This document shows positions 37,798 through 51,542 of a DNA stretch of 64,000 bases, piece after piece. A model generated the notes under the pieces. That model was given only the letters and a program-made list of their open reading frames with translations, made no database searches and was not told the DNA's origin. The first letter of the stretch is position 1, and the number at the start of each line of letters is the position of its first letter. Origin of the DNA: an uncultured Gammaproteobacteria bacterium (GTDB lineage Bacteria; Patescibacteriota; Patescibacteriia; UBA1558; 2-01-FULL-52-15). The translations under genes and the position numbers were made by a program. Location of the stretch: positions 11,397 to 75,396 of the forward strand of contig CAYRBH010000003.1 of assembly GCA_964422585.1 (NCBI GenBank), written 5' to 3'.

Positions 37798-38355
37798 CTA
37801 TCGGTCCTTACGTACTATACTTTCTATTTTTTTTCGAAGCTCATCGCTTGCATAGATCCATGCTTTAGGAAACTGTTTCATCGCTGCCAGGACAATCTCT
37901 TTGTCATTTTTCAGATCATCGCTCAGGAAACGAAGCGCCTCTCCATTGACCTGCAAGGCTTTGAGGGCGAATGTCTTATCAGCGCAAAGCCGTTCGCTTG
38001 CTTTTTGCATGGCGCCGCTATCATGTGCAAGTCCTGCAAGGAGCATGGCCTGGTCTTCCTCAACGTTTTCAGCTCTATGAAAGAATTCCGGTTTTGTTGG
38101 TATTTTTTCGAGCAGATAGTCACGATCATTATTTTCTTCGTTGGCTTGGTCATGCAGGATGTCGATGCCTGAATCAACGGTCCCGTTGAGTGTATTGCGT
38201 ATTTCTCTTTCAAATTCAGCATCTGATAACGCTTCAGCAGCTTCCTTCCTCACGAACCCACCCTCGACATCTGTAAAATTCGCCCGCTGATCCCCTGGAA
38301 GATCGTCGACCTTCTTATAGCCTTGATCGGCTGGATTGAATAATTCTTTGGGCAT
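37798..38355 (-). CDS. DUF4116-like repeat protein
   Basis: ALRFLSDDLKNDKEIVLAAMKQ and YASDELR repeats. Confidence 0.8.
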   Translation of the reverse strand: MPKELFNPADQGYKKVDDLPGDQRANFTDVEGGFVRKEAAEALSDAEFEREIRNTLNGTVDSGIDILHDQANEENNDRDYLLEKIPTKPEFFHRAENVEEDQAMLLAGLAHDSGAMQKASERLCADKTFALKALQVNGEALRFLSDDLKNDKEIVLAAMKQFPKAWIYASDELRKKIESIVRKDR

Positions 38356-38359
38356 AAGG

Positions 38360-39358
38360 TTAATCCTTCTTCATCGCAACGGCAAGTATCTTCTTCCTGA
38401 TCTCTGCCATGAGTTTTTTATCCTGTTGCAGGAAGGCCTTGGCATTCTCACGGCCAGTACCGAGTTTCACGCTGCCATAGGTATAGGTATTGCCGCTCTT
38501 AGTTATGGTTGCATAGAGCACGCCTTGGTCGATAAGATCTGAGGCGAGTGAGATCCCTTCATTATACATGATGTCGAACTCGCAGGTCTTGAAAGGAGGA
38601 GCGACTTTATTTTTCACGATCTTCACTTTGACACGGTTGCCGATGACTTTCTCGCCCTGCTTGATCACTGCGGCTCGGCGAACTTCGATGCGAACTGATG
38701 CATAGAATTTCAATGCATTGCCGCCGGTGGTGGTCTCTGGATTGCCGAAGAAGACGCCGATCTTCATTCTGATTTGATTGATGAAGATGACGGTCGTTTT
38801 GGTCTTCGAGATGATGCCGGCGAGTTTTCGCAGAGCCTGGCTCATCAGCCGTGCCTGTAGACCCATATGCGAATCGCCCATATCGCCCTCTAGCTCAGCT
38901 TTCGGAACTAATGCTGCGACTGAGTCGATGACAATGACGTCGAATGCATTCGAGCGTACCAGAGTTTCTACGATCTCGAGAGCTTGTTCGCCAGTGTCCG
39001 GTTGTGCGATGAAGAGATCCTTGGTATGCACGCCGATCATTTTGGCATAGTCAGGATCCAGCGCATGCTCGGCATCAATGAATGCGGCTAAGCCGCCTTG
39101 TTTTTGTACTTCGGCGACGATATGCTGCGCTAAGGTTGTCTTGCCTGAGCTTTCCGGTCCATAGATCTCGATGATACGGCCGCGTGGAACTCCGCCGATG
39201 CCTAGGGCGATATCGAGAGAGAGGCAGCCGGTGGGAATGCCTTCCAGGTTCAGGGCCTTATTGTCGCCTAATTTCATAATAGAGCCTTCACCGAATCGCT
39301 GTTTGATCTGATTGACAGCTTCAGTCGCTGCTTGGTTTTTCTTTGTCTCTTCTGGCAT
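38360..39358 (-). CDS. recA: Recombinase A
   Basis: [42 protein letters not shown]. Confidence 0.98.
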   Translation of the reverse strand: MPEETKKNQAATEAVNQIKQRFGEGSIMKLGDNKALNLEGIPTGCLSLDIALGIGGVPRGRIIEIYGPESSGKTTLAQHIVAEVQKQGGLAAFIDAEHALDPDYAKMIGVHTKDLFIAQPDTGEQALEIVETLVRSNAFDVIVIDSVAALVPKAELEGDMGDSHMGLQARLMSQALRKLAGIISKTKTTVIFINQIRMKIGVFFGNPETTTGGNALKFYASVRIEVRRAAVIKQGEKVIGNRVKVKIVKNKVAPPFKTCEFDIMYNEGISLASDLIDQGVLYATITKSGNTYTYGSVKLGTGRENAKAFLQQDKKLMAEIRKKILAVAMKKD

Positions 39359-39368
39359 ATAGTATGCG

Positions 39369-40097
39369 TTAGTTGTTAGGCCCTGTTGTTATTGTCGAGG
39401 TTGCTGTGGTGGTGGAAACGACGGCGGGAAGTGACGTTTTTACGATGGTCACTTCTTTGATGAAGCTTCTGCTGTGCTTTTTCTTCGCTTCGATGGTAAT
39501 CGTATTCAAACCATCCGTCAAGGGAATATCTTGGGTAAAGCCATTTGAGCTATCAAGGATCACCGGCTGTCTATTGATGGTTACCGTTGTCCCAGGTTCT
39601 GTTTGGCCTTTTAGTATAATACTATTTTCTTGTGTTCGGAAGTCCTCAAGGGGGCTGGCGAAAGTGACCACGGGAGGGCTGATGCTTTTATCGATAACGA
39701 AGCCAGCATAGCCCAGGATGAGCAGCAGCACGAATGCGATGATGAGTCGTCTGCCAGTAATGAAGGACGTGAATTTTGGCAGCAGCCTCTTCTGTTGTGT
39801 GCCCTGCTGTTGTTCAAGTTTCGCGCGAATGCCATTCTCTTTTTCATAAGAGATCATCAGGTCTCGAGTCGCCACACCGAGAAAGGTGGCATATTTTTTT
39901 ATCCAAGCTTTTGTATACATTTCCCCGGGGAGCCGAGTATACTGGGACGCTTCGATAGCTTCTAGGTACTTTTCTTGTATAGAAAGTGTATGCGCGCAGT
40001 CAGCGAGCGTCAGGTGCTTGTCGAGGCGCGCTCGTTTCAGCTGTTCGCTGACGGTGGTATAGATGCCAAGTTCTGTTCGCTTGAAACTATGTGCCAT
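39369..40097 (-). CDS. RodZ-like HTH membrane protein with C-terminal Ig-like domain
   Basis: LKRAR...YLEAIE...[19 protein letters not shown]; one TM; [12 protein letters not shown]. Confidence 0.82.
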   Translation of the reverse strand: MAHSFKRTELGIYTTVSEQLKRARLDKHLTLADCAHTLSIQEKYLEAIEASQYTRLPGEMYTKAWIKKYATFLGVATRDLMISYEKENGIRAKLEQQQGTQQKRLLPKFTSFITGRRLIIAFVLLLILGYAGFVIDKSISPPVVTFASPLEDFRTQENSIILKGQTEPGTTVTINRQPVILDSSNGFTQDIPLTDGLNTITIEAKKKHSRSFIKEVTIVKTSLPAVVSTTTATSTITTGPNN

Positions 40098-40108
40098 GAT
40101 GTTCAGTG

Positions 40109-42454
40109 CTACAGATTTGCATCCGCATCGTCACTATCATCCGCTGCGTCAGCTGACTCGTCTGCTTCTTCGCTCAGCTCGGAATTATGATCATAGAGAT
40201 CGTCTTCGCTGACACGTGTTTCTGAAGGCTCTGCATCGCCATACTCTTCGCGACCATGTTTCGCATACTGTTGGTCAAGTTCTTCCTGCGTGATCAGCAC
40301 CTCTCGAGGTTTGGAGCTGTTCTGGGGTCCTATGATACCGCGCTCTTCTAAGAGATCGAGTATGCGTGAAGCTTTCGCGAAACCGACTCGCATCCTGCTC
40401 TGGAGCAGGGTTGCGCTCGCGCGCTTGGCTTTCACCACAACTTCGGTTGCGAGCAGTAAATCGCGTTCGGTGGAATCGCTTTCTGTGCCCGCGTTTGAAC
40501 CGCCGCCCATTATACCAGTGCGACGTTCGGTCACTTCAGCTAGGTATTGCGGTTCGCCATGCTGCTTCAGATACTCAGTAACACCGTTGATTTCTTTGTC
40601 ACTCAGGAATGCTCCCTGCATGCGTTTCGGCTTCGAAAGTTCAGCGGAGATATAGAGCATGTCGCCATTACCGAGAAGCTTTTCTGCGCCGGAGGAGTCT
40701 ATGATGGTTCGCGAATCTGTCACTGAGGCCACAGAGAAAGCGATACGCGAGGTGATATTTGCTTTGATAAGTCCGGTAATGACATTGACCGATGGGCGCT
40801 GGGTGGCAAGAATGAGGTGAATACCGACTGCGCGAGCCATTTGTGCTAAACGGATGATGGCTGCCTCCATTTCTTTCGCAGCGACCATCATGAGATCAGC
40901 CAGCTCATCGACGACGATGACGATATAGGGCATTGGTTCCACTAAGCGAGCGTCATTGTAGGCCTGTATATTTTTTTTGCCGGCTGCCGCAAGCATTTTG
41001 TAACGTTCGTCCATTTGGGATACAGCCCAGCGCAGCGCATTGATTGTTTTATCCGTGTCAATGATCACCGGACAGAGCAGATGTGGGATGCCATCATAAC
41101 CAGAGAGTTCGACACGCTTCGGATCGACCAGTATTAGTTTGAGTAGATCTGGCGAATTCTGATAGAGGAGGCTGACAAGCATTGCATTGATGCAGACCGA
41201 TTTGCCTGAACCAGTGGCACCGGCAATGAGTAGGTGTGGCATCTTGGCGAGGTCGGCCATCATGGTCTTGCCGGTAACATCTTTACCTAATGCAAGCATC
41301 AGGTTGCTGCGGCGTTCGGTGTAGGCTTGTGACTGTAGTATCTCTTTTAGTTTCACGATGGAAACGGATTGATTTGGCACTTCGATGCCGACTAATGACT
41401 TTCCTGGGATAGGAGCTTCGATACGGAGAGGATGTGCGGCTAGAGCGAGTGACAGGTCGTTCTGCAATGAGCTGATCTGCGTGAGCTTTACGCCTTCAAG
41501 CGGCTTCAAGGTATACTGGGTGACCGTTGGTCCCACATTGACCTCGCCCATAGTCACGTCGATGCCAAAACTCTTGAGTGTAGCCTCTATTTTCTTCATG
41601 TTTGCTTTGATATCGCCGCTACTCGGCATATCATTCGAGCTCACCAGTAAATCGATCGGCACATCAATCTTTGGTTGGCGTACTTTCTTCGCAGGGGTTT
41701 TCGCTGCAGCTGCAGCAGAGGCTCGAGATTTTCCAAAAGGCAGATTGATCTGAGGTGTATTTTCCTCATCATCGCTCTCATCATCTTGATTTTCAGAGAT
41801 CTCGCTTGTTTTGAAATTGTGATTATAGACTGGCGGCTGTGCTTCGCCTCTGTTACTTCGCGCAACCTCTCGCTTCTCACGACGTTGGACGAAGAATGCC
41901 CCTAGAGCTTGCCAGGCGCCGACTAAACTCGAGAATGAAGTATTGAAAAAAATGAAAGCGCCAATGGCAAAGATGGCAAGCAGCACGACGAGGCTGCCCC
42001 AGAATGCCATCAAGTGATAGAGTGACCCGCCGATAGCATAACCGACAAGTCCGCCGCCTTTACCAGTAGCGATGATCTCATCGAATGACATATCTCGCAC
42101 TACAAGGTGTAGTAAACCGCTATAACCGAGTATGGTGAGTACTAACCCAATATAGTTGATGAGCTTGATATCATAGCGTCCTGGGCGAAGGAGCAGGTAG
42201 CTCATTGCCAGGAGCATGATCGGGAAGAGGAAGTCTCCCCAGCCAAAAACTTTACTCAAAACACTGACAATATGAATGCCGAGGTTGCCAGTTGCCTGGA
42301 AGAATGACAAGAGGCTGATAAAGGCAATAGTAAAAAGCACGACAATGGCAATGCCTCGCTTGGTTTCAGAAGCTAAGGTAAAGCTACCGGTTGTTGCTCG
42401 GGGCAGGCTTCTGCCGGTAGCTATTCTACGATTACGTTTTTTGCGATTAAACAT
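40109..42454 (-). CDS. ftsK: DNA translocase FtsK/SpoIIIE
   Basis: 4-TM N-terminus; PHLLIAGATGSGKS, VDELADLM, ATQRPS, GAEKLLGNGDML; gamma domain. Confidence 0.96.
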   Translation of the reverse strand: MFNRKKRNRRIATGRSLPRATTGSFTLASETKRGIAIVVLFTIAFISLLSFFQATGNLGIHIVSVLSKVFGWGDFLFPIMLLAMSYLLLRPGRYDIKLINYIGLVLTILGYSGLLHLVVRDMSFDEIIATGKGGGLVGYAIGGSLYHLMAFWGSLVVLLAIFAIGAFIFFNTSFSSLVGAWQALGAFFVQRREKREVARSNRGEAQPPVYNHNFKTSEISENQDDESDDEENTPQINLPFGKSRASAAAAAKTPAKKVRQPKIDVPIDLLVSSNDMPSSGDIKANMKKIEATLKSFGIDVTMGEVNVGPTVTQYTLKPLEGVKLTQISSLQNDLSLALAAHPLRIEAPIPGKSLVGIEVPNQSVSIVKLKEILQSQAYTERRSNLMLALGKDVTGKTMMADLAKMPHLLIAGATGSGKSVCINAMLVSLLYQNSPDLLKLILVDPKRVELSGYDGIPHLLCPVIIDTDKTINALRWAVSQMDERYKMLAAAGKKNIQAYNDARLVEPMPYIVIVVDELADLMMVAAKEMEAAIIRLAQMARAVGIHLILATQRPSVNVITGLIKANITSRIAFSVASVTDSRTIIDSSGAEKLLGNGDMLYISAELSKPKRMQGAFLSDKEINGVTEYLKQHGEPQYLAEVTERRTGIMGGGSNAGTESDSTERDLLLATEVVVKAKRASATLLQSRMRVGFAKASRILDLLEERGIIGPQNSSKPREVLITQEELDQQYAKHGREEYGDAEPSETRVSEDDLYDHNSELSEEADESADAADDSDDADANL

Positions 42455-42538
42455 AGGTAACAGGGCTCATTTTAACATAAAATGGGGAGCCAATAAAGGC
42501 CTAGCGGTGTCAAAAAATGAGCCACTTTTTGTAAGAGT

Positions 42539-42567
42539 TTGACAAGCGGGTTTAGTAAGGCTAATGT
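42539..42567 (+). promoter_or_regulatory. sigma70 promoter of orphan gene 42606
   Basis: TTGACA, 17 nt spacer, TAATGT. Confidence 0.55.
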
Positions 42568-42605
42568 TGATATTCTTCAGTTCTTACTATAACAAGGAGA
42601 TTGTC

Positions 42606-42908
42606 ATGTTCCACGTTAATTTCCCGTTGGATAGCGGCGAAGAGCTCTCCGTAGATTTTGACGTAGAATCCGGCCCTAATGTCCCGTGCCATAAGTGTGG
42701 GAAACCTGGGTTTCAGTCACTGATAGAGGTAAGCGAAGTAACGTGCGATGGTGTTCTGATCGAGAGGGATTCGCCGATTTACTGGGCAGCGGTAGCGAAA
42801 TTGCGGAAGGCGGCTCTTCACAAACAAGGACGTTGTGAGCCAAATACTGGGTGCGCCGAAGAGTTTTGGGAGGACTTGTTTGCGGGTCTCGACGAGATCG
42901 AGGCATGA
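42606..42908 (+). CDS. Small acidic hypothetical protein with possible metal-binding Cys residues
   Basis: AAGGAG upstream of ATG 42606; CHKC plus further Cys; own promoter and terminator. Confidence 0.6.
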   Translation: MFHVNFPLDSGEELSVDFDVESGPNVPCHKCGKPGFQSLIEVSEVTCDGVLIERDSPIYWAAVAKLRKAALHKQGRCEPNTGCAEEFWEDLFAGLDEIEA

Positions 42909-42916
42909 GATCACAA

Positions 42917-42986
42917 AAAAGCTCCCTGTAGTGATACAGGGAGCTTTTACACGTCACAAAAAATCCCTCCTGAGAGGGATTTTTTG
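42917..42986. terminator. Two tandem bidirectional terminator hairpins between the orphan gene and rpoC
   Basis: AAAAGCTCCCTGTA-gtga-TACAGGGAGCTTTT and CAAAAAATCCCTC-ctga-GAGGGATTTTTTG. Confidence 0.85.
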
Positions 42987-43006
42987 CTTTGTAATCACAG
43001 AGCGTA

Positions 43007-46885
<3,879 letters not shown>

Positions 46886-46911
46886 AGTTGTGTGAGATAG
46901 GTAAGCGTTGT

Positions 46912-49900
46912 TTATTCGTCAGTTCGCTTATTATCCTTGAGGAGTTCAACGTCGAGTGCCAAGCCTTTCAATTCTTTGACTAAGACATTGAATGACTCGG
47001 GGATATTCAATCGATCAATCTTCTCTCCCTTAATGATAGCTTCGTACGCCTTCGACCTGCCGGGTACGTCGTCTGATTTGATAGTAAGTATCTCTTGCAA
47101 AGTATGTGCTGCGCCATAGGCCTCGAGCGCCCATACTTCCATTTCTCCGAAACGCTGTCCGCCGAATTGCGCCTTACCGCCCAACGGTTGCTGCGTGACC
47201 AAGCTGTAGGGTCCGATGGAGCGCTGGTGTATCTTATCTTCGACCAAGTGGTTGAGCTTCAGGATATAGGAGTAGCCAACGGTAGTCTTCGAATCGAATG
47301 CTTGGCCAGTTTTGCCGTCATAGAGCTGTAACTTACCGTCCGTCGGCCATCCTGCTTTGGTAAGCTCTTCTTTAATTGTTTCTTCTGACACACCATTCAG
47401 GGCAGGGCTTGCGACTTTGTAGCCTAAGCTATGTGCGGCCAAGCCTAAGTGCGTTTCAAGCAGTTGACCCAGGTTCATACGTGAGATAACGCCAAGCGGG
47501 TTCAAGATAACGTCGATCGGCGTACCATCAGTAAGGAAGGGCATATCCTCGCGAGGAACCACACGAGAGATGACGCCTTTATTGCCATGGCGGCCAGCGA
47601 GTTTATCACCTACTTGCACCTTGCGGGTCTGTGCTACGGTGACTTGGATGGTTTTGATAACACCAGCCGGGAGTTTATCGCCGCTGTCTCTTGAGAAAAT
47701 TTTAATGTCGACAACTTTACCGTGTTCACCATGTTCGAGGTAGAGCGAGGAGTCACGGACATCTTTTGCCTTTTCACCGAAGATGGCACGGAGCAATTTC
47801 TCTTCTGCAGAAAGTTCGGTTTCACCTTTTGGCGTAATTTTGCCAACCAGGATATCTCCAGAAGCAACTTCTGCGCCAAGGCGGATGACACCTTCATTGT
47901 CGAGGTTCTTTAACTTCTCTTCTGAAATATTTGGAATGTCTCGGGTGACGATTTCCGGACCAAGTTTGGTATCGCGTACATCGACTGAGAAGTCTTCGAT
48001 GTGAATCGATGAGTAGCGATCCTGCTGTACGACCCGGTCTGAAATGAGAATGGCGTCTTCGTAGTTGCCGCCTTCCCAGGACATATAGGCGACGAGCACG
48101 TTCTGACCAAGCGCCAATTCTCCTTGCTGAGTCGCTGCGCCATCAGCTAGAGCTTGCCCGGTTTTTACCTGGTCGCCTTTCATGACGATCGGCCGCTGGT
48201 TCATACTAGTGAATGCATTCGAACGTTCGAATTTCATGAGTTGGAAGCTATGCAGCTTGCCAGAGACACCCTTCATCTGGATTTTGTTTGATTGCACCGA
48301 GGTAATCTCGCCATCTTCAGGAGCGGTTACGACCTGCCCTGAGTCTTGCGCGGAGCGCGCTTCGATGCCGGTGCCGACGATAGGGGATTCTGGGTTCACG
48401 ACGCTGACCGCTTGTCGCTGCATGTTCGTACCCATCAAGGCACGGACTGCGTCATCATGCTCGAGGAATGGTATGAGCGAGGTCGATACTGAGATGATCT
48501 GGTTCGGCGCGACATCCATATAATCGATTTTTTCCACGCGGTCATATTTTGGCACGCCATGGCTCCGGATTTCGGCATACTCTTTGCTGAAGTATCCCTT
48601 GGCGTCTATCGGGGTGGTGGCTGCCGTAGTATTTCCTTTTTCTTCGATGAACGCATCGATATACATAACCTCAGGGAGTACACGAGGTTTGAGCGCGATA
48701 GTCTTGAGGTCTTTCACGCCGGCTAATTTTTTCGCGTCGGCTGCGCTGATCTCATCGCCAGCTTTGACTATGACAGTTTTACCATCTTTCAAATCTTCAC
48801 GCGCGATCTCGCCGACGCTTGCTTTGCCGTCATTTGGCACATCGTGGATGACCTTGCGGAAAGGAGTCTCGATAAGCCCGAATTCATTGACCCGCGCGTA
48901 GGTAGATAAATGTCCGACGAGACCGATATTGGGGCCTTCGGGCGTCGCGATCGGGCAGATGCGTCCATAGTGTGTACGATGCACGTCGCGAACTTCGAAC
49001 CCTGCGCGTTCGCGCGAAAGTCCGCCAGGTCCCATCGCATTCAAGCGTCGTTTATGCTCGAGCTCTGAGAGAGGATTGATCTGATCCATGAATTGAGACA
49101 ACTGTGAGCTCATGAAGAACTCTTTGATCGAGCCCATGACCGGACGCGCATTGATGAGTTGGTTCGGTGTTAAGGTATTGATATCGAGCGTGGACATGCG
49201 GTCCTTGATGATACGCTCCATGCGGGCGAGACCTATACGGAACTTATTCTGTACCAATTCGCCGACTGCTCGGATACGTCGGTTGCCGAGATGATCGATA
49301 TCATCAGCCTGCTCTTGGGTGATGTTCAGGCGGATGATCTCGCGGACGATGGCGATCAGGTCTTCACGGCGGAGTATGCGGGTTGTCTTATCATTCGCGA
49401 TATTGAAGCCGAAGCGCGAGTTGATCTTATAGCGTCCGACCCGACCGAAGTCATAACGATCGAAGTTGAAGAACATCGAGTGTATGAGGTTACGGGCATT
49501 TTCGGTCGTTGCGAGGTCACCAGGGCGAATTCTCTTATAGACTTCTCGCAAGCCATCAGCCTCGTCTTTGCACACATCCTTATGCATCGTTGACTTAATG
49601 GAATGCACCTCGGGATGAGTATCGACATCTTTGAAGAGTTGCATGATCTCTTCATCAGAGCTATAGCCAAAAGCGCGCAGGAGTGAGGTGATCGGTACTT
49701 TGCGCTTACGGTCTATTTTTACATAGATAACATTATTCGCGTCGGTTTCTATCTCGAGCCATGCTCCGCGATTCGGAATGATTTTTGCCCCATAGTAATT
49801 CCTGCCGCGGGTAAGTTCGGACGTGAAGAAGACTCCTGCGCTTCGAATGAGCTGGGAGACGACGACGCGTTCAACGCCATTAATGACGAACGTGCCCCGA

Positions 49901-50253
49901 TCGGTCATCAAGGGAATATCGCCGAGGTAGATCTCTTGCTCTTTTACTTCGCCAGTCTTTTGATTGACAAGCGTTACCTTCACTTTGATGGGCGCTTCAT
50001 AGGTCGTGTTGCGCGCCTTCGCTTCTTTCTCATGGAATTTCGGTTCGTCCAGGTAGTACGATTCGAAATACAGCTCCAGATCTCGGCCAATGAAATCTTT
50101 GATCGGAGATACTTCATCGAAAAGCTCTTTCAGTCCTTCCGCGAAGAACCAGTCATAGGACTTCTGCTGGACTTCGATAAGATCAGGAAGCGAAATAGCT
50201 TCGCGAACTGGCGTGAAGTACACGCGCTCGGCCGTGGGTTTCGTATGGGGCAT
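46912..50253 (-). CDS. rpoB: RNA polymerase beta subunit
   Basis: ERVVVSQL, SQLSQFMDQ, TPEGPNIGL, GDKLAGRHGNKG, GGQRFGEME. Confidence 0.99.
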   Translation of the reverse strand: MPHTKPTAERVYFTPVREAISLPDLIEVQQKSYDWFFAEGLKELFDEVSPIKDFIGRDLELYFESYYLDEPKFHEKEAKARNTTYEAPIKVKVTLVNQKTGEVKEQEIYLGDIPLMTDRGTFVINGVERVVVSQLIRSAGVFFTSELTRGRNYYGAKIIPNRGAWLEIETDANNVIYVKIDRKRKVPITSLLRAFGYSSDEEIMQLFKDVDTHPEVHSIKSTMHKDVCKDEADGLREVYKRIRPGDLATTENARNLIHSMFFNFDRYDFGRVGRYKINSRFGFNIANDKTTRILRREDLIAIVREIIRLNITQEQADDIDHLGNRRIRAVGELVQNKFRIGLARMERIIKDRMSTLDINTLTPNQLINARPVMGSIKEFFMSSQLSQFMDQINPLSELEHKRRLNAMGPGGLSRERAGFEVRDVHRTHYGRICPIATPEGPNIGLVGHLSTYARVNEFGLIETPFRKVIHDVPNDGKASVGEIAREDLKDGKTVIVKAGDEISAADAKKLAGVKDLKTIALKPRVLPEVMYIDAFIEEKGNTTAATTPIDAKGYFSKEYAEIRSHGVPKYDRVEKIDYMDVAPNQIISVSTSLIPFLEHDDAVRALMGTNMQRQAVSVVNPESPIVGTGIEARSAQDSGQVVTAPEDGEITSVQSNKIQMKGVSGKLHSFQLMKFERSNAFTSMNQRPIVMKGDQVKTGQALADGAATQQGELALGQNVLVAYMSWEGGNYEDAILISDRVVQQDRYSSIHIEDFSVDVRDTKLGPEIVTRDIPNISEEKLKNLDNEGVIRLGAEVASGDILVGKITPKGETELSAEEKLLRAIFGEKAKDVRDSSLYLEHGEHGKVVDIKIFSRDSGDKLPAGVIKTIQVTVAQTRKVQVGDKLAGRHGNKGVISRVVPREDMPFLTDGTPIDVILNPLGVISRMNLGQLLETHLGLAAHSLGYKVASPALNGVSEETIKEELTKAGWPTDGKLQLYDGKTGQAFDSKTTVGYSYILKLNHLVEDKIHQRSIGPYSLVTQQPLGGKAQFGGQRFGEMEVWALEAYGAAHTLQEILTIKSDDVPGRSKAYEAIIKGEKIDRLNIPESFNVLVKELKGLALDVELLKDNKRTDE

Positions 50254-50499
50254 AGATACAAAACTGTTTACTGGTTAAGTGACGAGCCTCGAGAGATACC
50301 TTTCGGAGCCAATCATTCCTGCGCAGTGCTATAAGCATGACAGGTGACCTTCCTCAGAAGAGGATGACCAGGTTACTAAGGAGCACTTTCTTTGCGGCAC
50401 AATAAAATCCCCACCATGATTTTATTCACGGAGAGGTGTGCGGGTTATGTACAATTATTCGGCGCCTAAGCTCAGAACTTGGGCTTTAAACATGGGACT

Positions 50500-50528
50500 A
50501 TGATACTTGAGAACAGGACTATTGTCAA
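50500..50528 (-). promoter_or_regulatory. sigma70 promoter of rpoBC
   Basis: Minus strand TTGACA, 17 nt spacer, TATCAT. Confidence 0.7.
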
Positions 50529-50663
50529 TACCTAAAGCTATTTAGCTGTCAAGAAACTTAAAATATAGCTAATTTTAGGTAAAAATATGTAGTATATGCA
50601 TTAAGTTTTTCATTGTTTAGCCAAAAGAATGATTTTTTTATGGACAACTTATCCACAATGCAA

Positions 50664-50689
50664 TACAGCCTCCTGGTTAGGAGGCTGTA
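50664..50689 (-). terminator. Hairpin terminator after 50717..51481
   Basis: TACAGCCTCCT-ggtt-AGGAGGCTGTA. Confidence 0.65.
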
Positions 50690-50716
50690 CTAAGTATGAA
50701 GTCGGCTAGTTTTTGG

Positions 50717-51481
50717 TCACTCTCCCTTAACGGCTTTGAACGTGACCATGATAGGATTGCCTTTCTCATCAGTGATAGGGCTGTCGTCTTTTGCATCGAA
50801 GCTGCCATTGCCATTATCTGTGTGCAGCATCGCGGCATAGTTGTTCCAAGTCGTCAGGGCAGACGGCATGGCTATAGAGACGATTTTATAGGTACCTGCT
50901 TGGAGCAGCTGGGAGTTCGCCAGTATAGGTCCGGGCTTTGATCCGGTCATGGTATGTATAGCTACATATCCCGGCGCGCCAAGAAGAACGGTATCAATGA
51001 TGACGGCATTGCCGGTGGTCTGTGTTTTGACCTGCAAGCCATTATTTCCTGAGATCATACTCGCGACATTCGTGCCGCCGCAGACATATGCTGTGTCAAA
51101 GGTCAGCGCCGCTATCTCCGCGCAATCTGCTGATGGCTTCGCGACCCCCGCAGTGCAATAGATGCGCTTGCCATCTTTGTCGACATACGTGACTGTTTTC
51201 TGCGCAGTGCCATAGACAATCTTACTGTAGTCACCGGCAGTGTCGATGCGCTGTACGCCATTCACACAATACTTCTGGTACTGTTCGGTGGCAGTCAGGT
51301 TTTTGATAGCTTCGGTTTGCATGGCGGCTTGTTTGTCAGCCGCGTCTTGCTGCGCTTTCATCTCCGCCTCTTTTTGCAGATTTTGGCTGCTGAGTAAGTT
51401 CAGAAGCGTGATGCCAGCCAGCACCGCGACTGCGACAAGCAGTGCATAGATGGCTTGCTGTTTTTTTGTCGCTGATTTCAT
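50717..51481 (-). CDS. Membrane-anchored hypothetical protein with a C-terminal beta-sandwich domain
   Basis: N-terminal TM; PGYVAIH...AMLHTDNGNGSFD...DSP. Confidence 0.75.
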   Translation of the reverse strand: MKSATKKQQAIYALLVAVAVLAGITLLNLLSSQNLQKEAEMKAQQDAADKQAAMQTEAIKNLTATEQYQKYCVNGVQRIDTAGDYSKIVYGTAQKTVTYVDKDGKRIYCTAGVAKPSADCAEIAALTFDTAYVCGGTNVASMISGNNGLQVKTQTTGNAVIIDTVLLGAPGYVAIHTMTGSKPGPILANSQLLQAGTYKIVSIAMPSALTTWNNYAAMLHTDNGNGSFDAKDDSPITDEKGNPIMVTFKAVKGE

Positions 51482-51542
51482 AGGATATAGCTAATTAATT
51501 ACTGGCCTAAGTATATCTCTTTTTGGGATTTTATTCGAGCTG

